From positions 868,001-932,000 of the forward strand of contig OY730414.1 in assembly GCA_963422615.1 (NCBI GenBank): a stretch of DNA of 64,000 nucleotides, written 5' to 3'. This stretch comes from Longimicrobiales bacterium. GTDB lineage: Bacteria; Gemmatimonadota; Gemmatimonadetes; Longimicrobiales; Gaopeijiaceae. A program made the position numbers and the translations under genes. A model generated the notes under the pieces. It saw nothing but the letters and a program-made list of their open reading frames with translations. It searched no databases and was not told the DNA's origin. Shown here piece by piece: positions 14,886-22,901 of this stretch. Every line of letters begins with the position of its first letter. Position 1 is the first letter of the stretch.

Positions 14886-15869
14886 TTGCTCCGGCTACAC
14901 CCTTTCCGGTACCACCGCCCCACGACGGTGGAGGAGGCCACGAGTTTGCTGGACGAATTGGGGCCGGATGCCCTGCCCATGGCCGGAGGCACCGACCTGA
15001 TGCCCAACATGAAGCACCGCCTCTTCACGCCGGAACATGTCGTCGCTCTTAACGGCATCGAAGCCATGCGGGGGGTTGACGGGGGGGGGAAGGCGGGCAG
15101 TCTGCGGATCGGCGCCCTGGAGACGCTTCACAGCGTTTCGGTCCACCCTGCGGTGCGACGCCACCTTCCAGGGCTCGCCCAAGCGGCTGGCTCGGTTGCC
15201 GGCCCTCAGCACCGAAACGTGGGAACCTTGGGCGGAAACATCTGTCTCGACACCCGGTGCACGTATTACAACCAAACGGAGTTCTGGCGGCGGGCATTGG
15301 GCTACTGTCTCAAGAAAGACGGGACCGTCTGCCACGTTACGAAAGTGGGAAGAAAGTGCGTGGCCGCGCACTCTGCCGATACGCCCCCGAGCCTGATGGC
15401 CCTGGGTGCCAAGTTCACCCTTGCCGGGCCCCGAGGAACCCGGGAAATCGACGCAGCGAACTTCTTCGTGGCCGACGGGGTCCTGAACACCCGCCGGGCC
15501 CGGAACGAGATCCTAACGGAGGTCACGATCCCCGTTTTCGCTGGAAGGCGGAGCGCGTACCGGAAGTTACGGCAGAGAAACGCCATTGACTTCCCCCTGT
15601 TGTCGGTTGCCGTTGTGGCCGACTTCCAGGAAGATGGGATCGTGGCTTCGTTGAAGGGCGTGGTTTCGGCCCTGGGGGCTCGCCCGCGCATGCTGACCGG
15701 GTGGGAGGAGATGGCCGCGGGACACCGTCTGGATCCTGGCTTGGTCCAGGCGCTGGCCGAGCGGGCCGGGGCCCAGTGCCGTCCTCTGGACAACATGATC
15801 GTTGACCCGCAATGGCGCCGGGCCATGGTGCCGGTCTACGTGCGGCGGGCGCTGGAAGGCGTGGCTTGA
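14886..15869 (+). CDS. FAD-binding subunit with 4-Cys [4Fe-4S] insert (4-hydroxybenzoyl-CoA reductase beta-like)
   Basis: AGGTDL, RNVGTLGGN, and Cys-rich insert CTYYNQ..WR..LGYCLKKDGTVCHV...KC. Confidence 0.9.
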   Translation: MLRLHPFRYHRPTTVEEATSLLDELGPDALPMAGGTDLMPNMKHRLFTPEHVVALNGIEAMRGVDGGGKAGSLRIGALETLHSVSVHPAVRRHLPGLAQAAGSVAGPQHRNVGTLGGNICLDTRCTYYNQTEFWRRALGYCLKKDGTVCHVTKVGRKCVAAHSADTPPSLMALGAKFTLAGPRGTREIDAANFFVADGVLNTRRARNEILTEVTIPVFAGRRSAYRKLRQRNAIDFPLLSVAVVADFQEDGIVASLKGVVSALGARPRMLTGWEEMAAGHRLDPGLVQALAERAGAQCRPLDNMIVDPQWRRAMVPVYVRRALEGVA

Positions 15870-16099
15870 CCCCCGTGCCGCTCTTGGGCCCCTTCCAGAG
15901 GGCAAAGCCGCGCCTCGTCGCTTCGGGCTCTCCGTATTGATCACGCATTCCCGGGCGGCTGGGAGGGTGAGGTGGCCTCCCATGTGGCGAGGCTTGCGCA
16001 CCCGGCGGTGATCAGGGCGGCGGGGATGCGGTTCATGGTGTGGTCTCCTGGGGGGCGTGGCGTTTGGGTAGGTGGGCGGTCAAGCGGGAGTAAGGGGAG

Positions 16100-16537
16100 G
16101 TGGGGAGCGGTGAGGAACCCTTCCGCTTGCTCTGCGGAGGACGAGGTCTTACTCTGCCTCAACAACATTCATTCATCTTCACACTGTTACTTCTCGGAGC
16201 GTCTGTGTCTCCGGCCATTCAAGCCGGGGCCATACAGGCAAGCGAAACCCCATCCCTGGAGGGGGTATCGGTAGCGGTGTTGGGAGTGGTTCCTTGGATT
16301 ACGGAACAGGCTAACCCGGTTCCGGGTACGGAATCAGCGATATGGTGGAAAGGGATATTACAGATTGCCGACGCTGCTCTCACGGGCGCGATCACCCTTG
16401 ATCTTTATGGGGAGTTTAAGGAACATTTCACAAGCTGTATAGGCTATTTTTTCCACGATTCCACGGAGAATCTTCTAAAGTGTATAGGAAGCATTAAGGA
16501 ACACGATAGATCAAATCTTTCATTGTGTCGCTCCTGA
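16100..16537 (+). CDS. Low-GC hypothetical, possibly secreted protein (start uncertain)
   Basis: Open frame with hydrophobic FIFTLLLLGASVSPAIQA segment; no family recognised. Confidence 0.4.
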   Translation: MGSGEEPFRLLCGGRGLTLPQQHSFIFTLLLLGASVSPAIQAGAIQASETPSLEGVSVAVLGVVPWITEQANPVPGTESAIWWKGILQIADAALTGAITLDLYGEFKEHFTSCIGYFFHDSTENLLKCIGSIKEHDRSNLSLCRS

Positions 16538-16564
16538 ATAAGGAGCCGCCGGTGGCGGTGCAGA

Positions 16565-16867
16565 TTATCCTCTGTATAGTCTCAGTTGCCCTCGTCCTCG
16601 GGGTGTATGAGGCCGTAAAAGGGTGGGCTTCAGGCCATATTTTCGGGGTTCTTTTTGGACAGTAGGCGGGTAATGGCCGTCGTGGTGGGTTCTCTCCCTC
16701 ACGTGGGCGACAAACCGCCTCACGGTGGCGGCTCGATGGGCGGTGATCAGGGGGAGGGGGCCCTTCTTCGCGGCCTCCCATACCTCGTGGCGTGGGAGGA
16801 AGTGGCCCTTGGCCTTGCTCACCCGGGCGGCAAGGTCTGCTGCTAGCTGGTGGGCGAGGCGGTTCAT
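16565..16867 (-). CDS. Hypothetical protein resembling the C-terminal domain of the neighbouring primase-helicase
   Basis: AARVSKAKGHFLPRHEVWEA aligns with AQRVEEAPGGFLPTAAQWEA in the primase; ATG overlaps the stop of the upstream ORF. Confidence 0.5.
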   Translation of the reverse strand: MNRLAHQLAADLAARVSKAKGHFLPRHEVWEAAKKGPLPLITAHRAATVRRFVAHVRERTHHDGHYPPTVQKEPRKYGLKPTLLRPHTPRGRGQLRLYRG

Positions 16868-17228
16868 CGATCAGGGGAGGGCGTGGGTGTGGGGGTGGCC
16901 CCCGCCTCCTGGGCCTCTTCCCGGGGCTCTCCCTCACGGGCGGCCTTCCCGGCCTCGAACCCGTCGCACCATGCGATCCCGGCCCACACCCCGTCATGCC
17001 ATGCTTGCGGTCGCTCGGGCTCTTTCTCTCCCTTCGCGGCCTCAAACCCGGCGTCCCACCCTTTCCCCCATTCTTCATCGTTGGGCGGCGGGGGGGTGGC
17101 CTTACTTTTCCCGGCCTCGAACCCGTCCTCCCATTCCCCGCGCACGATGAAACCGATATTCCACCCGGCGTACCATTCACTCGATGGTTCGGGGGAGTTG
17201 GGGCGGGGTGCTTCGGTGTGTCTGTCAT
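16864..17228 (-). pseudogene. Phage-type W-x-x-G-F-E-A-[GA]-K repeat protein, frameshifted near start
   Basis: AGGAGG RBS and ATG at 17228; frame changes in an AC dinucleotide run, then WEDGFEAGK, WDAGFEAAK, WCDGFEAGK repeats. Confidence 0.5.
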
Positions 17229-17410
17229 TTTTCCTCCTGGTTGGGGAAGGGGGCCTTTATCGATCAGGGGCCCCGGGGAGCGGTTGGCGGATTTTCGCAT
17301 ATTTCGCGCGCGGCCCTGGGCCTCAATGGGCCTTGGCGGCGGCGATCGCTTCGGCGGCCCACGCGGGGTGGGGGGAGGCGGTGGGGGTGGTCGCCTCCTC
17401 ACGGGGCGCC

Positions 17411-18480
17411 TCAGGGTTGGCGAGGCGGTAGTTGACCCACCCCTTGGTTGGCCTCCCGTCGATGCGGGCGGTGGTCTGGCGGCGGGGGAAGGCGGGGAAG
17501 CGTTGGCGGGCGAACGCCCCAAAACTCCCTGGTTCGGGCGCCCTTCCCCTTCTCGCTCAGGCTAGGGTCAAGCTGTAGCTGGGCCTCCCATTGGGCGGCG
17601 GTGGGGAGGAATCCCCCGGGGGCCTCCTCCACTCGCTGGGCCACCTCGTAAGCGGGGCCTCCCTGTTCCTCTATCACGGCCTTTAGGGCGGCTTCCACGG
17701 CGGGGGGAGGGGTGGGCTTGGTGATTGATCCGTCTACCACGCATGCGCGGGCCTCCTCGATCAGGCGTCCCAACAACGCGGCGCGGAAGTCGGGGTCGCC
17801 ATATAGGGCCTCTGCCTCCCCTGGGCCCATGCGCGCGCTCTTGGCGATCTCGGGGAACGGGATTATCCGCACCCGGGCCCTTACGGCGGCGGCAGAAAGG
17901 CCCATGTGTGGAAGTGCCCCGTGGTTGGCTCCCACGATCAGGGAGGCGGTGATCTCGCGGTCCACCTGCTGCGTCGCATAGGGCGTGCGATAGGCGATTC
18001 CCCCGGCCCCGGTAAGCTCCTTCAACCGCTCGCTGTCGATTCTCCCCTTGGGCGGCTCGTCCATGGCGGCCAACACGCGGCCACCCACCATGGGGCGTAG
18101 GTGGGTGGTTGGGGCTCCCGGGTTGGCTTGGGAGGCCTTCAGCAAGTCGCCTCCCACGCGGGAGGCGAGGGGGCCCAAGGTGGCCAATAGGGCCCTGATT
18201 AGGTGGGTTTTTCCGGCGGCGGGGGGCCCCACGCAAACCAACATACGGCGCGCGGGTATGCGGTGTAGGGTGAACCCAAGTTCCGCCCATAGGTAGGCGG
18301 CTACCTGGGGCGCCAAGTGGGCGGTGAGGCCTTCCACTCCTGGGTGGGAGGCCCCCGGCTCGAACCCCACGGGGAGCGTGCGGGTGATGGCGAGGGGTAG
18401 GGCGCGGGTGCCGGTGAGAGGGGGGAGTGGTCGATCAGGGACACGGCCCCGGCCCCGGTGGCCAAGAGTACCGTACTGTG
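17411..18480 (-). pseudogene. D5/P4-family primase-helicase (SF3 ATPase) fragment
   Basis: Walker A GPPAAGKT, Walker B AAMDEP, RLKELTG, IVGAN, RVRIIPF; D5_N-like LLATGAGAVSL / ITRTLPVGFEPGASHP split by a frameshift near the G-run at about 18420; primase N terminus missing. Confidence 0.75.
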
Positions 18481-18506
18481 CGGGCGCTTGCCCTCTTCAC
18501 GGCTCC

Positions 18507-19781
18507 TCAGGCCCGCTCCAGAACCATCGCGAAGCCGAGACCCCCTGCGGCACACACCGTTAGCAAGCCGAACTGGCCCTCCCGACGACGCAGTTCGCTT
18601 AGGAGCGCATACGTCAGTCGACCCCCGGTCGCGCCGAAGGGGTGCCCGATGGCGATGGACCCACCTGCGACGTTGATCCTGTCCGGGTCGGGATGGCCCA
18701 CCCGCCGGGGGCGGCCCAGCTCCCGACGGCAGAAATCGTCCGAATCCCAGGCCCGGAGGTTGGAGAGTACTTGGGCAGCGAACGCTTCGTGCATTTCCAG
18801 AAGGTCGATGTCCGCCATGGTGATGCCAGCCCGGTCAAGCGCCACGGGGGCGGCGTACACGGGCCCTTGAAGAAGCTGGGCACCCGGGTCGACGGCGCTG
18901 AACGCATAGCTGCGAACGTACCCCAGGGGTTCCAGCCCCATGTCCCGGACTCGACTGGCGGATGCGAGCAACACTGCCGAGGCCCCGTCGGTGAGGGGCG
19001 ACGAATTCCCTGCGGTCACCGATCCGAACTCCCGATCGAAGACGGGAGCAAGGGCGGACAGGGCTTCGTAGGACGTGTCCGGTCGGATGCCGTTGTCATG
19101 CTCGACAACGGTGTCGTATCGGGGCGGTACGTACACGGGAGCGATCCCGGCAGCGAGCCGACCGTCTTCCCGGGCGGCGGCGGCCTTCCGATGGGACCCC
19201 AAGGCCCAGCGGTCCTGATCCTCCCGCGCAATCCGGTTTTCCTTCGCCATGCGTTCCGCCGCCTGGCCCATGGTTTCGCCCGTGGAGGGCTCGGCGATCG
19301 CCGGCGCCACGGGCGCTATGTCTCTAGGACGGATCCTGGCGAAGGCCCGGAGACGCCCACCCAAGGTCCTGGCCCGGGACGCGTCGACCAGGGCTTCCGC
19401 CATCCGGTCGGAGACGAGGACGGGAATGCGGGAAAGGGACTCGGCACCCCCGGCGATGACCACGTCGGCGCAACCGGTCTCGATCAGATTTACCCCGTCG
19501 GTGATCGCCTGGTTGGCCGAGGCACACGCTCGGGACACGGTCACGGCGGGCACCGCTTCCGGCAGCGTCCCCAACCCGACCTCCCGGGCCATGTTGGGCG
19601 CTCGGGGATCGTGAACCACCGTCCCGAAGACGAGGTGGTCCACCTCTTCGGGAGGAATCTCGGTTCGGGCTGTCACTTCCCGAACCGCGTGGCGACCGAG
19701 CTCAATGGCGGAAAGCCGAGGGAGGTGAGTTCCGGCCCGTACGAAAGGGGTACGACATCCGGCGACGACGGCGGTCTTCAT
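18507..19781 (-). CDS. Acetyl-CoA C-acyltransferase (thiolase, FadI-like)
   Basis: VSRACASA, HEAFA, GGSIAIGHPFGATG, CAAGG. Confidence 0.95.
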   Translation of the reverse strand: MKTAVVAGCRTPFVRAGTHLPRLSAIELGRHAVREVTARTEIPPEEVDHLVFGTVVHDPRAPNMAREVGLGTLPEAVPAVTVSRACASANQAITDGVNLIETGCADVVIAGGAESLSRIPVLVSDRMAEALVDASRARTLGGRLRAFARIRPRDIAPVAPAIAEPSTGETMGQAAERMAKENRIAREDQDRWALGSHRKAAAAREDGRLAAGIAPVYVPPRYDTVVEHDNGIRPDTSYEALSALAPVFDREFGSVTAGNSSPLTDGASAVLLASASRVRDMGLEPLGYVRSYAFSAVDPGAQLLQGPVYAAPVALDRAGITMADIDLLEMHEAFAAQVLSNLRAWDSDDFCRRELGRPRRVGHPDPDRINVAGGSIAIGHPFGATGGRLTYALLSELRRREGQFGLLTVCAAGGLGFAMVLERA

Positions 19782-19983
19782 TCCGAGATCGTCGTCAAGG
19801 GGACCGCTATGCCGGGGAGAGCCTTGCGCACTGGATGGTTCGCTTATCGTTGATGAGGGGGTTGGGGGATGGGCGCAGGCATCTTCCCCCGCGCAAGCGT
19901 ACGGTCCACGTTACCACCGGACCAGCGTGTGATGCACCCCGAACGGAGGGGAGGGCTCGCACCCCCGAAGTGGGAGACGCCAA

Positions 19984-21231
19984 GTGAGGGCCATAGAATT
20001 CAACGTTACGATCCCGGGATACATTCTTGCCAAGTCCCTGGGTCGCTTCGGCGGTTCTGCCGTGTACGGAAGGCTCTCCGGGCTGGGACTGGCGAACCGG
20101 CCCTCCCCGAAGCTTCCAGGGGACGACTGGGTGCGGATCGAAGTCCTCATGTGCGGGATTTGCGGGAGCGATCTGGGGAATCTCTCCTACGAATCGAGCC
20201 CCGCCATGGAGCCCTTCGGGTCCTTCCCCGCGGTTCTGGGCCATGAAATCCTCGGGCGGGTTGCCGAAGTGGGTTCGGGTGTGACGCACGTTGGCGTAGG
20301 GCAGCGAGTCGTGATCGACCCCATGCTCCACTGCGAAGCCCGCGGCCACGAGAAGAACGCGTGGTGTCTCTCGTGCTCCGCCGGGCGCCACTCGACCTGC
20401 GAGATGTCGGCGGAGGAGGGATCCCTGGCGGTGGACAGCCGCCGGCTGAGCCCGGGGCTCACCATCGGATACCACAGGGACCTCCCGGGCGGCTGGGGGG
20501 AAGAAGTGATTGCCCACGCCCGCCAGGTGTTCCCCGTGCCCGACTCCCTGGACGACCGGGTGGCGGTGCTGGCCGAACCCCTCGCCATCGGGGTCCACGG
20601 CGTTCTGCAGAGCGGCGTTCTCCGGTTCCGGGGACCCGTTCTGGTCATCGGCAGCGGCACGATCGCCTTTGCCACCATATGGGCCCTTCGCGCCATGGGA
20701 TATCCCGGGCGCCTGATCGCCCAGGCAAAGCGGTCCCACGAGATTTCGCTGGCCCGCGCCTTGGGGGCCGACGAGACGGTCACGCCTGGGGACGAAGCCC
20801 GGCAGGCCCTCATCGACACCGGCGCCAGGGCCCATCTACCCGTCGTCGGTGACGAGGTCTACGCCGGTGGGGGCTTCCCCTTCATTTTTGATTGCGTGGG
20901 CAGCGCATCCTCCTTGTCCCAGGCCTTGCGGTTTGCGTCTCCCCGCGGCCGGGTCGTCCTTCTGGGGTGTGCGGGGCAACTTCGGAAGCTGGACCTGACC
21001 TTCGTGTGGGCGAAGGAGCTCTGCGTCCAGGGTTACGTGGGCTACGGCGTCGAGGACTCGTACCAGCATCGTCATACCTTCGACGTTGTGCTGGAGCGGA
21101 TGAAGGGGGGCCCTGGAGCCCTGGGCGAAGTGGTCACCCACGTCTTCCCGCTGGATCGGTACCGGGCCGCCCTTCGGGCCGCGTCCGACCACCGGCGGAG
21201 CAAGGCGGTCAAGGTCATCCTGCAGCCGTGA
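19984..21231 (+). CDS. Zinc-binding medium-chain dehydrogenase
   Basis: CGICGSD, GHEILG, structural Cys cluster, GSGTIA. Confidence 0.9.
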   Translation: MRAIEFNVTIPGYILAKSLGRFGGSAVYGRLSGLGLANRPSPKLPGDDWVRIEVLMCGICGSDLGNLSYESSPAMEPFGSFPAVLGHEILGRVAEVGSGVTHVGVGQRVVIDPMLHCEARGHEKNAWCLSCSAGRHSTCEMSAEEGSLAVDSRRLSPGLTIGYHRDLPGGWGEEVIAHARQVFPVPDSLDDRVAVLAEPLAIGVHGVLQSGVLRFRGPVLVIGSGTIAFATIWALRAMGYPGRLIAQAKRSHEISLARALGADETVTPGDEARQALIDTGARAHLPVVGDEVYAGGGFPFIFDCVGSASSLSQALRFASPRGRVVLLGCAGQLRKLDLTFVWAKELCVQGYVGYGVEDSYQHRHTFDVVLERMKGGPGALGEVVTHVFPLDRYRAALRAASDHRRSKAVKVILQP

Positions 21232-21390
21232 TGCGCCTTGGTGGGGTCGGGCAACCTTATCTTGCGTTCCGTTGCGTCCAAGGTGTTGCGTCCAACCCCC
21301 AAGACGTGCAGGATGCCCCCAAGAAAGTCTGGGTGCCCGATCCTCATCATTTGTGACCTCCTCCCACCCTGAAGTCAGGTGATCTCCACC

Positions 21391-22686
21391 ATGAAGCGTG
21401 CTGCATTCCCTTTGGTCGTCTTGCCCTTCTTGTTCGCCGTCGCCTGCCAAGGCTCATCAGGGGACGGATCTGCCCCCACCGAAGGCTCGGCGCTGGACGG
21501 TCCAGACGTGATGGTGACGGCCGCTACGGAAGACATCTACACGGTCGGCAGCTACGTGGGAGATGAATGGGAGACCTTCGGGACCGTGGCGGCGGTGGCC
21601 TTTGATGGGGAGGGAAACCTGTACATCTTGGACCAGGGCGCCCACCAAGTCGTGGTGGTGGGTGCCGACGGAGGCTTCATCCGGACCGTCGGCAAGGGCG
21701 GCGGCGGCCCCGGGGAGTTTCAACGGGCGTCAAGGCTCGCGGTGCTTCCCGACCGTCGATTGGCTGTGTTCGACTTCGGAATGCCGGGGGCGTTCGAGGT
21801 CTTCGATTCCGAGGGCCGGTTCCTGAGCAGTACGCCCAGCGAACTCATGCTGATCGGTCCTGGTGCCCGCCTCCATCCCCTCCCCGACGGTCGCCTGGTT
21901 GCCGCTGGCGGCACGCGCATGAGACTGCCGTTCGCGGGCTCTTCCGCGGAAGAGCCCGGCGATCCGGCTGCGCAAGAAAACCGGCGTCCCGTGGAGGTCA
22001 TCACCCTGGACGGGGAAGAGCCGAGGATTCTCTACGCCGCGTGGGAGCTGCCACCGGAGGAACGGGAGAATCGACAGGAGATGCGGCTGGGCGCGGGAAG
22101 CTCCCGGTCCGTGTTCATGTCCGTCAGGGGTGTACGGGGCTTCGAGCCCGGACTTCACCTGGGCGTCCTTTCCGACGGTCGCATCGCTCTGGCGGACTCC
22201 ACCGGTTACAGGGTCAAGCTTGTCGCCCTGGACGGTCGTGTGACCGGATTGCTGGAGCGTCCGATCCCGCCCCTTCCCGTGACGGAATCCATCCAGGAAG
22301 GGTACCGTGCCCAGCGGGTGGAGGGAGCGGGGGATGGCCTGAGGATCAGTGTCCTGGGCAGCAATAGCAACCTGCCCGCCGAAATCGGCGAAATGATGGA
22401 ACAGCAAATCCGGGAAATGACCTTTGCCGACGAAGTCCCCGTCATCACGGACCTTGCCGTCGACTGGGAAGACAGGATTTGGATCGCTCGTTCCGCCCCG
22501 GAGGGATTGGGTGACGGCCCCACCGACATCGTGACTGCCGACGGCGGATACGTGGGCACTCTGGCCGCCACCGGGCTCCGAATTCCCGACGCCTTCGGGC
22601 CGGGAGGCCTCTTGGCCTACATCGAGTCCGACGAACTGGACGTCCAGACCGTTCGGGTGATCCGGCTGGTTGCCTTCGACGGATAG
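21391..22686 (+). CDS. 6-bladed beta-propeller lipoprotein
   Basis: Lipobox FAVAC; GKGGGGPGEF NHL-like motif; RIWIAR; LDVQTVRVIRL C terminus. Confidence 0.8.
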   Translation: MKRAAFPLVVLPFLFAVACQGSSGDGSAPTEGSALDGPDVMVTAATEDIYTVGSYVGDEWETFGTVAAVAFDGEGNLYILDQGAHQVVVVGADGGFIRTVGKGGGGPGEFQRASRLAVLPDRRLAVFDFGMPGAFEVFDSEGRFLSSTPSELMLIGPGARLHPLPDGRLVAAGGTRMRLPFAGSSAEEPGDPAAQENRRPVEVITLDGEEPRILYAAWELPPEERENRQEMRLGAGSSRSVFMSVRGVRGFEPGLHLGVLSDGRIALADSTGYRVKLVALDGRVTGLLERPIPPLPVTESIQEGYRAQRVEGAGDGLRISVLGSNSNLPAEIGEMMEQQIREMTFADEVPVITDLAVDWEDRIWIARSAPEGLGDGPTDIVTADGGYVGTLAATGLRIPDAFGPGGLLAYIESDELDVQTVRVIRLVAFDG

Positions 22687-22901
22687 CGCCACCGGCGCGG
22701 GCCGTCCGCTCCGCACCCGACTGCCTCAAGAGGCGCGGGAGCACACAGAGACGGATTGGCAAACCCGACGGCGAAATCCCGGGCAGATCACCTTGCATGG
22801 TTCATCTGCCTTGCCGACGCACCGGGGGAGGCCCACTATTGGGCCGAGCCCGTTTTTGTCGTTCTCACCGAAGTCCACGTCCCCGCCGAAGAGTCGGAGC
22901 C

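Larger units (their letters stand above)
15870..18500. mobile_element. Decayed integrated element (plasmid/phage-satellite-like remnant)
   Basis: Lies between two convergent housekeeping genes; composition shifts (AT-richer 16.1-16.6 kb, long G/C runs 16.7-18.4 kb); carries a primase-helicase fragment and frameshifted small ORFs; no integrase or att sites seen. Confidence 0.7.

Noticed and set aside
15870..18500. Possible self-targeting of the mobile remnant by spacers (e.g. GGAAGGGGCCC near 15890)
   Set aside because: Only short (about 11 nt or less) GC-rich matches found by eye; no full protospacer. An alignment would be needed to exclude it fully
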